DNA of 60,359 nucleotides, filler included, from Dugesia japonica (Eukaryota): NCBI GenBank assembly GCA_001938525.1. It is 6 parts of 6 records of this genome, joined end to end, with 100 filler letters (N's around TTAATTAATTAA, not from the genome) between each part and the next. Parts side by side here need not be neighbours in the genome. Positions count along the whole stretch, not along the records: positions 18,895 to 27,973 come from MQRL01626912.1; positions 28,074 to 37,334 come from MQRL01598443.1; positions 37,435 to 51,756 come from MQRL01646361.1; 3 more parts are not named here. One strand, 5' to 3'. Shown piece by piece: positions 27,128 to 39,794 of this stretch (position 1 is its first letter; each line of letters starts with the position of its first letter). The notes under the pieces were generated by a model. It saw only the letters and a program-made list of their open reading frames with translations, ran no database searches and was not told where the DNA came from. The position numbers and the translations under genes were made by a program.

Positions 27128-27973
27128 TATAATTAAAGTAATTACAAAATTCTTGTCTCCAAAATCTCTGGAGTTACACAAAGAGTCAATCAACTTATTT
27201 TGGTGGCAAATTTACGTGAATATGATTTTTGAGATATAAATAGCATGTTTATTCTCAGGCGCCAGTAATTTGTAAATTTTTTAAAATTACATATTCACCT
27301 ACGATCGTATTAAAAACACAAACACCCTTGGAATTCAACTAAAAAACCGAAGAATAACTCATGTGAGCCAAAATGCATATGTAATAAAAAAATAAAACTT
27401 TTGAAATTACTTGTATCATAAGAAAAACAATCAGAACCAGAATCAGAGAACATATCAAATAGAATGAGAGTAAAATATATGAACATTTCATACACGATCA
27501 TAATTTTCATGCTGACTACAATATTATAAAATGTAAAATATTAGATTCCTATTATACATCAACACTACATAGAAAAAAACACGAAAAAATTTTAATCAAA
27601 AAATTTAAACCAGATATTAATATAATTTTTAATAATATTATCCAATTACCATAGGTATAAAAAGATTTAATTACAAAAAATTTATATTAACCTTCAAATT
27701 GAATAAATCAATTACAACTCATGAAAAAGATAAAATGGAAAACTTTGGAAAAAATAAAAACGTTTTTTTGAAAAATCATTGTAACTTGAATAAAAATTTT
27801 TAAATCAAATTTTTAAAGAAACGTTTTTTTGAAACTTTTTTTGATCTAATCCTGAGTTTATTTTTGTAATTTTGAAAATATTTAATTTTATCATTAAAAA
27901 TTTTAAAACAGTGAATAATTACTCAAAATGTAATTTTCACAATAAACAAAATTATTATTATTATTATTATTAT

Positions 27974-28073
27974 NNNNNNNNNNNNNNNNNNNNNNNNNNN
28001 NNNNNNNNNNNNNNNNNTTAATTAATTAANNNNNNNNNNNNNNNNNNNNNNNNNNNNNNNNNNNNNNNNNNNN
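27974..28073. other. Artificial contig/scaffold linker
   Basis: 44N-TTAATTAATTAA-44N. Confidence 0.95.
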
Positions 28074-28434
28074 AATATAATTGATTTAGAAAATACTGAA
28101 TCTGATGTACAAATGGTAGAGGAAGCAGAGTTGACGAAAAGTATAGAATATATTCAACGAATATCATAAAGAAGAAATTGATTGTGAATATTGTTCTGGA
28201 AGGAAGAAAGATTTGAAGAGAAAATTTATCAACTCTATCTATCCTGAGTCTAATAAAAGACAATNNNNAAAAATTTATGACAATTAATTTATTTTATTAT
28301 TAAATAAATGTTAATTTATATTTTGATTTTTATTTTCTTTATTACTGTTTTACATAAAAATTTTTAAAAAAAAAATTTTAAAAAAAAATACTAAGTAAAT
28401 AAAAAAAATAAAAAAAAAAAAATAATAAAATTAA

Positions 28435-28796
28435 GTCTGTCCGGGGAAATCAAATATTAAGTATGCTGAATGATAGTTGTCAAAGAAATAACCTTGACCT
28501 ACATTTATTCGACCTTCAAATATTCTCAGAACTGAGTATACTAAATCAATCTGACCTTGAAAATTCTACCTTGAAATATTTTAGCCAATGAGAATGAAAT
28601 ATACTAGAACACTGACCTTGAAAATTTGACCTTGAATTATTTTAGTCAACGAGAATGAAGTATACTAAAATACTGACCTTGAAAATTTGACCTTGAAATA
28701 TTTCAACCAATGAGAATGAAGTATATTAGAACACTAACCTTGAAAAAATTTGACCTTGCCGGGGGGGTTGTTCCAGTGCGCTACTATCTATCTACT
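28435..28796. mobile_element. Polinton-like terminal region with 61-bp tandem repeats
   Basis: 61-bp units start at 28551, 28612, 28673 and 28734 (partial), mostly with two TGACCTTGA-like motifs and CCAAT. G run at 28761. Terminus GTGCGCTACTATCTATCTACT. Confidence 0.7.
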
Positions 28797-29500
28797 TGCT
28801 AGTTAAACAAAAATGAGGAATCAATAAAGTAAACGATTATGGAAAAATTTATACTGAGATATGGTGTTCTAAAGAAGATACATATAGATTTTTGTAAATT
28901 TTTTCATCAAAAGCCTTTGAAGAGTTGTCAGATCTTATAAATATAACCACTTATTTTTCAAGTTCATATCATCATAATAGAAATGGAATAGTATAACGCA
29001 AATTTAGAACGATCAGAGATGACATCAATGCGAAATTAAAAGATAACAAGAAGAAAGATTTGGCAGTGTTAGTGCCAAAAATTGAATATGCATTGAATGC
29101 AACGAATCAGAAGAAGTTAGGAATAATAGATCCAATAGAAGTAATAAGACGACGAATGTCACAATCCACACTTTTACTAGAATAAAGATTGAAATGATAA
29201 ATCAATATCAATGATGACAAATCATGACGAAATTGAGCTACAACTCAACTTGACGTAAACATTACAAAAAACAAGGAAACATATACAAGAAATTTCAACA
29301 TTATCTAATAGGCTATATGTGGTCTCATGTAAAAAGGAAAAAACTAAGAAAATGGAAAAGAATACTATACAAACTTGTCAAACAAGAACGAATAACCATT
29401 TTGACGATTTAAATATTACTCGCCTAGTAGGAAGAGCAATCAACATTCATCAAAAAATTGCAGAAACATAGTGCTCCAAAATTAGACGAATGTAAACTCT
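28797..29500 (+). pseudogene. Decayed Gypsy integrase fragment
   Basis: FSSSYHHNRNG...RTIRDDINAKL...LVPKIEYALNATNQKKLG. Parallels SSYQHQSNG...RTIRTLRD...QIQFSINATQQK in the 21373-21615 ORF. Confidence 0.7.
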
Positions 29501-30021
29501 ACGAATTGAAAGGTTACGTGAAAATAGATATTGGTGTAGAATAATCTGTTATAATATTTAAAAATGGTTGTGAAAAATAGAATACATTTAAAAACCTTTG
29601 CAATTAAATATTTTTAACAATCTCTATAATTAAACTTTACATTCACATTCATCAACTTATGCTAATGAACACAGGACTGTCTTAAGAAATTCGGTGCCCG
29701 TGGGCTACTAAAAATTCTGCACACCTCTTATATTTATCATTATTAATTTATTTTTAGCTAACATTTAAGTAAAAGGAAAAGCACTTACCTTAGGAATATA
29801 ATAATATAATTTAATAATTTCCACTTCATTTTCAACTTACAATTCACCTTACTCAGTCGACAAATACTAAAATATTTAAATTATATCAACTTTATTTTTG
29901 TCGTATAATCTTTATTCAAGTACGCACGAGTAACCTGTTCATATCTTTTATTAGGATTATTAAAATAGTACAAATTACGTTTAGATAAATAAATAAACCC
30001 GGGCGGCGAGTATGCAAAGGT

Positions 30022-30463
30022 CAGGGGTTCCCAACCTGGGGTGCAAAATAAAATTAACATAACCAATTTTTAAAAAATATTTTAATGAAATTATGTAACA
30101 ATCCATAGACGCGCCAGATGATGACCATTTAAAAGATGAACTAATTGATTTGAGGGCTAATCATAATCTCAAAATAAAAACCGCTTGAATCGACAATCAG
30201 ATCTGCAAATTGCAATTAGAGAAAAAAATCCCAAATTCGAAAAATTAATAAAACAAAAACAAGAACAAAAAGTCATTAGATATATGATTTCATTTTATGT
30301 TTAATAAATTTTTTAATAATTTTGTTTGATTTGCAACTTTTTAAACTTATTTACTATCTTTTACCATAAATTGTATGCTATAAAATATTTTTTTAATGGG
30401 GTCGCGAAAGTTAAATAATAATTTTTTGGGGGTGTGAAATACGAAAAAGGTTGGGAACCCCTG
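30022..30463 (+). mobile_element. Non-autonomous hAT (Buster/Charlie-type) element
   Basis: Perfect 16-bp TIR CAGGGGTTCCCAACCT / AGGTTGGGAACCCCTG. Degenerate 8-bp TSD GCAAAGGT / ACATAGGT. Transposase scrap LKDELIDLRAN. Confidence 0.85.
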
Positions 30464-31595
30464 ACATAGGTGATCTGTTTAAATTTAAATCATCAATCGA
30501 AGTTTATGGCTACATAAATTACTGCAATATCGTTTGTCATTCAATCACATTTGAATATAAAAATCAATTAATTTCAATCAAAGAATTTTTTTTATAATTT
30601 TAGTAATTATTTTTTCTATAGAATTCAAAAATTAATATTTTCCCATACAAAATAATAATTATCAAAAAATTTGTCAGTTGAATGAATTTTTTTTCAAGTA
30701 ATTTGAAACAATTTATTCGATGATCTAAAAATTTAATAACTATAAAATTAATTTCAAATATTATTAAATTAAAAGCTTCGATCAAATTTAACTATGAAAA
30801 AAGTAATAAAAAAACAAAACAAAATTTTGATCGAAGTAATTAAATCCAACAATTATTTTTGCAATACTTCTTATTGTGTAATTCTAAATTATTTCAATTT
30901 GGAAATTGGAAAAGAAATATTTCAATTTATTTAACTACGTATTTTAAATACGTATTCGTTGAAATAATTAAATTACACTATAAGATAGTTTTTTTAAAAG
31001 AACAGATTTAAAATTATCTTTAAAAACGGAATTTAGTAAAATCAAAAGTATATTTAAAATTATATCAAGAAAATAAATTATAAAATAATTTATTAAAATT
31101 TAAGGATTTTTTAAAAATATAAAATGAAATGAATAAAAGATTTTTATTTTAATGTATTTTTTTAANNNNNNNNNNNNNNNNNNNNNNNNNNNNNNNNNNN
31201 NNNNNNNNNNNNNNNNNNNNNNNNNNNNNNNNNNNNNNNNTTTAAAAAGAATAAAATATAAAATGAAATGAATAAAAGATGTTTATTTAATATATTTTTT
31301 TAAAAATCAAATATAATAAAATATAAAATTAAATATTTGATTTTTCCGTTCTTGAATATGAATTTTTAAATTTGTTTGTTTTATCAACTAATTATGTGAT
31401 AGTTTTTTTATATAATAATAAATCGTTGTAATGAATTTGAATTCTGATTTTAATGATTCCATGAGTTTTCAAAACCCAACTAACATACACCATTAAACAA
31501 AGAAAACTATAAAAAGAAAGTTACCAAATTGTTAAAATTTCTTGTTAAAAAATCATCTTTTATTAAACCCATTTATTTCATGATTAAATATATTT

Positions 31596-31817
31596 TTAAA
31601 AATAACACTTAGATGCTCTAGCTTTTTTTCTACGAAAACACAAATCAATACAAAGCTTTTTCTTGTTGCCAGAATCGATGGTATATCTTTCAAAGCAATC
31701 ATCAGCACAGTCATCATAGGTTAATTCAACTGTGAGATAACATTCCATTTTCAGCTTACTAAACTCAATTGAACTTACATGATAAAGAAAATGAACAAAT
31801 AGAAATAATAAAAACAT
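31596..31817 (-). CDS. Small secreted cysteine-rich peptide (6 Cys, predicted disulfide-stapled helical hairpin)
   Basis: Intact 73-aa ORF with a hydrophobic N-terminus (MFLLFLFVHFLYHVSS). Cys spacing C-x10-C-x3-C-x14-C-x3-C-x10-C. AATAAA ~32 nt after the stop (31559-31564, minus strand). The start lies next to an N gap. Confidence 0.7.
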   Translation of the reverse strand: MFLLFLFVHFLYHVSSIEFSKLKMECYLTVELTYDDCADDCFERYTIDSGNKKKLCIDLCFRRKKARASKCYF

Positions 31818-33804
31818 TTTTTTNNNNNNNNNNNNNNNNNNNNNNNNNNNNNNNNNNNNNNNNNNNNNNNNNNNNNNAATGTTTTGATTTTTTTTTGGAA
31901 TAAATTTCTGTAATTACGCTAATTTTAAAATTTATTTCCATGTTTCTATATGAACTACAAAACGGTTAAAAATAATTATTGATTTTTATTATTATTTTTT
32001 TTTACTAAATTATATTAGTAAAATTACAGAAAATCTAATCTCTAGAAGATGGATTTCATAAAAATTTTCTTCGTGTTTGATCAGAAAAATATTTGCTTTT
32101 TAGATAATGTACGAAATTTTATGAACATTTAAAAAAAATGTTCAAACACAAAAAAATAAATAAAATTATGAATTTAAAACNATGAATAAAAATTTTCACT
32201 CAAATTAATAACAACAAATAGTTTCAATATATTTTAATAATTTTTTTAAATAATAATTTTTATAACAACAAAATAGAATTGTTGGGGCAGAACATATCAA
32301 TACTGGGAAATTGATAAGTTTGGCAGGAATAAGAAAGAAAATGAAGATTTGCGAGTGTTAAATGAGTTTTGAGAACTCAGATTATCACTATCAAAATTCA
32401 ACTCCATAAAATTTATTTCAAAATAAAAAATATATCATCATTATTTGTTTAAACAAACAAATTAAAATTCATGCTTCAATTGGAAATTAATTTTTAATAA
32501 ATTTAAAATTTAAAATTAAAACTTTATTTAAAATACTTCGAAANTTTAAGAAAATAATTATCTGTTATCGAAATTTCATTTAAAACTTTCACAAAATGTT
32601 GAAATAAAACATCATTCATTACTTAAATATTTAATTTTTATTTTTTGAAAATTCTGAAACAAAACATTTTTCGCGATATAAATATTTAATTTTAAAAATT
32701 TGGAAATTAAAATATTTGTATATAAAAAATATTTGGATTAATCTTTAACTACACATAATTTTCGTAGCAAAACTTAAATTTAATTTATTTTAATTTCTTG
32801 ATTAATTTTCCGACTTCCAATTTTTAAATAAGAGATTTTAAAAAAAAAATTCCCAATCAAAGAACAAAAATTTCAACTCGCTTCAAAATCACTCATAGCG
32901 AATATAAGCTATCAAATGAATACAGTAAAAGGAAATCAAAGTAAAAGGAATAATCAATTTCAAGTGTAAAAACGTGAATCACAAACGGAAAGTATTATCA
33001 AAAAAAAAAATGTAAACAGGTCAGTATTTGAGCAGGTCCCTTCCTGGCAGAGAAATTTCAACTGGTTCTGAATTTTTGATTTTGAATTTTAAGATTTTTG
33101 ATCGGATCAAATTTAAAATTAATAAATAAAATAAGGTAATCAATATTAATGAACAAACACAAGATGCTTGTTAAAATTAATACAGACTATTTAGAGATCT
33201 AAAACTAAATTTCCATTATCAGTGATATTAGTTAACTTTATACTAAAATTAAAAAGAAGGAAGCCATAGTTATCTAATTTAGAACCTTAATCATTATTAA
33301 TAATTACTTATGGCTATCTTTAAATAATGAAATAAAATCAATAGAAAATATTAAAAATGTGAGTCAATAAAATATTCTTCAACCGCTACATATTTACACT
33401 GAACATTATACTAATATAATTTTAAAACAGTAAACCTTATAGTCCTAAATATCGTAGACATAATTCGAGAAAGACTATCACCACCAAAGTGCTTACACAT
33501 TCACTGAAAATTTCTAATCGATAAACTCAGCAGCATATAATTGCTTCTTCTTAACAAATTCTCAACATTTCAATTCTATTCACTTAACAATATATAGCTG
33601 GTTCCTCAAAATAAACATTTTCGTTAATACAAACTCATTAATATATAAACGCTTATCTTTATTTAATATTAAGCATTTTCAAGATGATAAAATCGACATC
33701 ATCTAAATGATTTTTCTCACTTTTTAACATCATAACATTAACGGCCTATCAATGATTTTCTTCTCTTCTCGTAATTATATTCGCTATCATTTCAACATAA
33801 TTAA

Positions 33805-36317
33805 CACTAGAACTACGAACCGTTGTTATATACCTATTCATTTTGACCAGTGTGATATTTTAGTTGGCAAAATATAAAATTTCAAAGAAAAGTTTTAAAG
33901 AAAAGAAAATTTATTTTATTCTAATATTGCAAGTACATAATATATACATCCATTTACATAAAAGGTAGTACTATTATTTGTTTTTTATTTAGGCTTAGTT
34001 ATTATTTAGATCATCACAATTTTTACATAAAAAAAATTTTTTCGATATGCATTTACNNNNNNNNNNNNNNNNNNNNNNNNNNNNNNNNNNNNNNNNNNNN
34101 NNNNNNNNTACGAAAACCTATTTGGCAAGTTTTTCGTATATTAGAACTCTCGGGGCTCTTTAAGAGGTATTCAAGTTTTCCAGTTCAGATGAATCTTTAT
34201 ACTCTGCGCTAAGTTCTTCTTCTAATTGAAACAAAAATTGTTTTCTCGATATATTTTCACCTGTTGTTTTGTTGTATAAGACCCAGGCATTTATTGCTGC
34301 TAAGTCGAGCATGTTAAAAAATACTTGAAGAGACCACCTTCAAGATCCTGACTTCACACTATAGTTTCTGGCCATCTGATCCGTCACGTCTACCCCAAAT
34401 ATGGTTTTATTATAAATTATTATGGTTTCAGGCAGTTTTTTTTATTGTCTTTGCCAATATCCACTGAATTATATTTCGTACGCAGTAGCAGTACTTTTTT
34501 CGTTGACTTACTTTTATATACTGTCAAAGTGTAATTATCTGTTTAATTAATTTCAGATGGAAATCGAGGTAAATTATCTTTTTTTTGTTTGCCAAGTTCC
34601 AGCCATTCTGTTTTATTTACACGAATTGTTCCAATTAAAGTATTCTGTTTTTCAAATAATTTTGATGCCAGTGATTTGCTAATAAAAGAATTTTCAATGG
34701 TTACATTTTTTCCAGCAACGATAAATGGTTCAATTAATTTCAGGACGACAAACTCACTCAAAGGAATTGATGACTTCTTTTTTCGACCATTCCCAAATAC
34801 AGAAATAAATTTATTATAAAATTTTCTTTGGAGATCAGATGCCAACCAAATTTTTATTCCGAACTTATCGGGTTTTTTGGCATATACTGCTTGAATCGGC
34901 ATCTCGCTTTGCTCGGAAATAGTTAATCGTCGACTGTAATATTTTGTCCCGGTGCGTAACAATTCTGGCTATTTTCAATGAATGAATACCAAAAATTTGA
35001 AATCAATGCAAATTTATCCGTTATCAATCGAAGCGGATAAATCTTAAAATAATTGCAAACTTCTTTCTACTCAAAGGTTTTGAAAAAAATACTGGTCCAC
35101 ACTGTTTAGACCATAAATAAGATAATTTCCAATTCTTAGCTTCATAAGAACCACATGCATATAAAATTCCAAGAAAAGCGGTAAACCTTTCTTTAGATAG
35201 ATTCCATTTCCACCAAGAACTCGGAGCGCTTCTTATTTTGTGCATGTTCTAATATGATCTATCATTCGTCGATTGATTATCAAAACCAAAGCACTACTCA
35301 CAGTGCCCTTCATTATGCTTCGTTCTGCATATGCGATATGCGCAATTACTGCTTTAAGAATACTATTTATTGATCTCTTTCCTGGGGTGGATCTTGGTTT
35401 AATTTTTGTCCATATAGTTTCATCAGCAGCAATTTCAGTTTGCTGACGGTCATTCTCATCCAAAGATGACAACAATCTCAAAAGTCTTCTTGGTCTACGT
35501 AAATTCAGGATGTTCTCTTATTTACTAATTTCTTATTCCAATTTCAGGATCAAAATCATCTTGGTCGATATCCAAAAAGTCTTCTCTTATATTTGTTATG
35601 TCCTCTAAAATTCTAGGTATTTTCGAACGTCTCAGCATTATTAGTGTAAAGTTTCAAAACAGGATAAAAATATTCTAAATACATTTTCTCTGATTATAAT
35701 AAAAATATTCACTATTTACTTACATTGCAAGGTACAATAGCTAGGTACAAAAAGAAATATATTCAACACAATTGTCCACAATATTGTAATTATTTCAATT
35801 GAACGTATTTCAACCGTATACAACAACTATCAATAACTGATAACAAAACTTATATGAAAACAATAACAAGATAAGAAAATGACTGAATATTGTACTGAAT
35901 GAGTACTGTATTTCTACTGTATACAACAANNNNNNNNNNNNNNNNNNNNNNNNNNNNNNNNNNNATTACAAAATTCTAAAAATTTGGGGAAACCCAGTGT
36001 TTTCAAAACAGTAGATTTTCCGAGAATTTTGATTGGCTGGTGTCTTAGTAGAGAATTGGCGTAGTTCCTAAGAAATTTTAGTATTAGAAACATTAAAAAT
36101 AACGACCGATTATTTTGATCGGTTAGTATATATAGGTATATCACATATGTATATCTGAAAAATGGAATTAGAAAATCAAAATAATTTGTAATATTATTAA
36201 ATACATGAATTTAGAAAAAGTCGTAACATTATTATAAAATATTAAATAAAATTTCAAGACAAAATCTTGTGAACAATTGATACAACCGGTCATTTTGACA
36301 GGTTGGTAGTTCTAGTG
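33805..36317 (-). mobile_element. piggyBac DNA transposon, full length, decayed (transposase ~35638-34110)
   Basis: TTAA at 33801-33804 and 36318-36321. TIRs CACTAGAACTACGAACC and GGTTGGTAGTTCTAGTG (16/17). Fragments ILRFIRFD, KKPDKFGIKIWLA and KTIFGVDVTDQMA. Confidence 0.93.
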
Positions 36318-36432
36318 TTAATGAACAGAATATAAATAATTCTTCTCCAAAAATTTCGATAGTAATAATTAATTCTGATTCATAACATTAAAAATTTCGA
36401 TTTAATTAATGAACAGCATCTAAATAATTCTT

Positions 36433-37000
36433 AGTAGATGGATTAAGCGGTCAATACCACCTGTGTGCGAAGACCCCCCGTGACGTAATAAAATTTAATC
36501 CTAGTGCATTTAGTTGGGAATTTAAAAATTGCATCATAAATTGCATCATTAGATAATATTACTTAATTTGGTGTTACTTTTTCCCTGAGTATTTAGTTGA
36601 GAAAATTTATTACAAACAAATTATGTCATAAGATTAATTTCATCGGTGAAATTTTGCGTAATAGTATTAACTGGTTTTTAATTTTTCCTGGATATTTAGT
36701 TTTGAAAATTTTTTTAGGCTTTTTAAGAGGTAATGTGGTGCTTAATTTTTCCTGTGTGTTTAGTTGGGAATTTATTCGGTGAGGTGAAATGAGGTCAATT
36801 TTTGATTGATTCAGGTGAATTTGGTCGAATATTTCCTCGGGTTTGAACAGTTTGGGCAAACTTGGTCGGTTCATATTTTCGAAAAGTGATACCAAACTCC
36901 GGAAGGACGGTTGTACATATTCGTTAAGAAACATTTTTCCCGAGACGATATTTTAACTTTGCACAGTCACTTTTTACTCCTGAGTAAAATAATACCAAAT
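36433..37000. mobile_element. Polinton-like left terminal region; inner boundary approximate, contig ends at 37334
   Basis: Begins AGTAGATGGATTAAGCGG, with a C run at ~36474. The interior (CGGTGAGGTGAAATGAGGTCAATTTTTGATTG...GGTGAATTTGGTC) is the reverse complement of the repeats at 20750-20930. Confidence 0.65.
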
Positions 37001-37334
37001 TTAAAACCATATGAGTTATGTACACAGAGAAAATTGAGTAAAAATATTCAAAATTTGAGATTTTTTCACGACAAAACTCCATTTATTTCATCGAGTTTTT
37101 TTTGCGATTTTAGGTTAACATTTTTGGAATCAGTGAAAAATTCTCTATCGAATAAATACTTTCTTAACCTATTTAAGAAGAAAAATATTTTGAAAAAACT
37201 TTTATTTGTGTAAAATGATCACCATAAAACTGTCAGTAGTTTGGTATAAAAATCTATGAAATCTGAGATATAGAACATATTTTTTCTAACTTTAGACTGT
37301 TCACCCAGACTCCCATAAATATTTCATTTAAAAA

Positions 37335-37434
37335 NNNNNNNNNNNNNNNNNNNNNNNNNNNNNNNNNNNNNNNNNNNNTTAATTAATTAANNNNNNNNNN
37401 NNNNNNNNNNNNNNNNNNNNNNNNNNNNNNNNNN
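37335..37434. other. Artificial contig/scaffold linker
   Basis: 44N-TTAATTAATTAA-44N. Confidence 0.95.
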
Positions 37435-38560
37435 TTTTACAACCCATTCTGTTTTTCTTTCATTCGCAAAATTTTCAATCTTTAAGAACCTGTATACTTT
37501 TTCTGTAACTTTTTAAATTCCATCCATCTTTTCGAACTCTTGAGAATAAGTACTCACTTTATTTAACAATGGACAGTTCCGACCAACTCTTCTACTGGTG
37601 GAGTCCAGCCTCTTAGGTACTGCTTTTTGGAATCACTTCATATACTTTCTCATATCCATCGTTTGTATTAAAATCTTCATCTTCAATGGCATCTACTCTA
37701 AATTTATCGGTTTTTTGATCTTCTTGCAGTAATACATTTTTCACTGGGTTTTTTCATTTTCAGATTTAAGTAGCACTTTTCCTCTCAATGTACACCTTTA
37801 CCACATCGTTGACACCTAACCTCTTGATATAACCTTCTAATATGGCCTACTTTTCTACAACCAAAACATTTTGTTGGTTTTTGATTTGGACAATCTCAAC
37901 TTATATGTTCTGTTTTCTTACAACTCCAGCACTCTACCACTTTTTTGTCGGACATTTAGGTTAAGTATGACTGATCTTATCACATAACCAGCATAAGATA
38001 TTTGGTTAATTCTATCTTTGATCCACATGTCTATTCACTGTATAAATTAAAGGCTTCTAATTATTTCGACTTGTATTTTATTTTTTCAAAATATTTTAAA
38101 CAATATTTATTGTTGAACCCCACATTGATATAGATTTATCCTCTTTAATTAATATTTGTTCATGTTTTTATCTATAAAGTGTAGAAATGTAGCCTGTTCC
38201 TAATGTTCTCCGTGTAAAATGATGATTTTTTGGTAAAATATTATTTTTGTTTTGAAAGTGTTTGAAGACTTCACTTTCTTTCTGTTTGAGACGTTCTTTA
38301 ATTCAAATACGGATAGTTCTGAATGATTCTCTTATATATGTATCCTTACATAAGATTCATGTTATTTTGTAAGTGATATTTTTTATTAAATATATTTCTA
38401 CCATCATGAATCCATTTGGGACCACAAAAATTTTGTCTTGGTTTCAGTAATTGGATGCCCAAAGGTGCTTGCGTTTCAAATGTAATTCTTGGATTGTGTT
38501 TTGGTTTCGATTTTTTAATTATATTTTGCATGATTTGGCTACAAATGTCGATAAAATCTA
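37435..38560 (-). pseudogene. Heavily decayed Gypsy pol (RNase H/integrase) fragment
   Basis: Homologous to 57710-58450 (shared TTTTTTGTCG.ACA, CTTTGATC.AC.TGT and ATTTCGACTTGTA blocks). No open frame. Family assignment is tentative. Confidence 0.5.
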
Positions 38561-39794
38561 AATAATTGAGTAACAAAGATCTATTACATTGAATCTATTA
38601 CATATTACATCAAGAAGCCAACTTGTAGAAAATTTGAACTTTTTTACACATACATTTTATTTTGATCGAAGCTTTTTCTTTATTTTAATGAAATCTCAAA
38701 TGGAATCAATCGTTAAGTCCAACAATTATTCTCAAAATAATTGTAATTATAAAACTTAATTCACTTAAATATATAAATCTATTAATTCTCTATAAATNNN
38801 NNNNNNNNNNNNNNNNNNNNNNNNNNNNNNNNNNNNNNNNNNNNNNNNNNNNNNNNNNNNNNNNNNNNNNNNNNNNNNNNNNNNNNNNNNNCTCTTTCTA
38901 AATTTTATAAATATTAAAATACAATAATATTGTTAATTTCAAAAGGACAAAAATCATTTTGTTTTCACAGTATAAAGAAATAAATTCAAATTTTCTAAAT
39001 ATTTAAATGGCAAATTTGTCAGTAATTTTTTCAAAATTTTATTAATCTAAAGTTTGATTGTAATCTGCTTAGGCAACAGTTTTATATAATTACAATCCAA
39101 AAAATTCAACCGAACTTTATGTTACAGCCAATGAAACACTTTATATAATAAATAAAAATGATGGAAACGGTTTTTCAAAGGTTCGAAATGAGAATGGAGA
39201 AGAAGGATTANNNNNNNNNNNNNNNNNNNNNNNNNNNNNNNNNNNNNNNNNNNNNNNNNNNNNNNNNNNNNNNNNNNNNNNNNNNNNNNNNNNNNNNNAG
39301 ATTAATTATTGGTTTTTATCATTTTAAAATAATTTTTTCGTAATTTCTCTTACAAATAAAGTAGTTTCTTTTTTAATTTATCATTTTAAATTTATTATTT
39401 TATAATTACAATTATTGAGAGAATAATTGTTGGACGTAGCCATTGATCGTTTTATAGAATTCATTAAAATAAAGCTTCGATGAAAGTGGAGTTCTCAACT
39501 GAATGCGTAAATTTATAAATAGCCTGCATGACAATATAATTATAAGTAAGTTCAATAAAAATTGCTTTTTTTAGATAATAACATTAAAAAAATCAGCTAT
39601 AAAGTAGGGCCAAAACACTTCGCTAGTTATTTTGTATAGATTGTGTGTTTTTGAACATTATTGGAATCATTTCGATGAATTTGTTGGAGTTGAATTCCCT
39701 GTCCAAATAATTAAATGTACGCACGGAGATGCCCAAAAGTGTACGGAGTGCAACAAGGGGGTTAATCAGTGGTTATCAACAATTTTTGTTATTA

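Noticed and set aside
27140-27520. Possible spliced gene start on the minus strand (MKCSYILLSFYLICSLILVLIVFLMIQ|LNSKGVCVFNTIV)
   Set aside because: Plausible splice sites, but I could not extend a consistent frame or recognise a family.
28551-28760. CRISPR-like regular repeats
   Set aside because: Whole 61-bp units are repeated with no unique spacers. The context is eukaryotic and no cas genes are present.
36597-37213. ORFs of 61-102 aa (also 53357-53650, 53393-53629, 20838-21176)
   Set aside because: They lie in repetitive TIR sequence and show no recognisable protein features.
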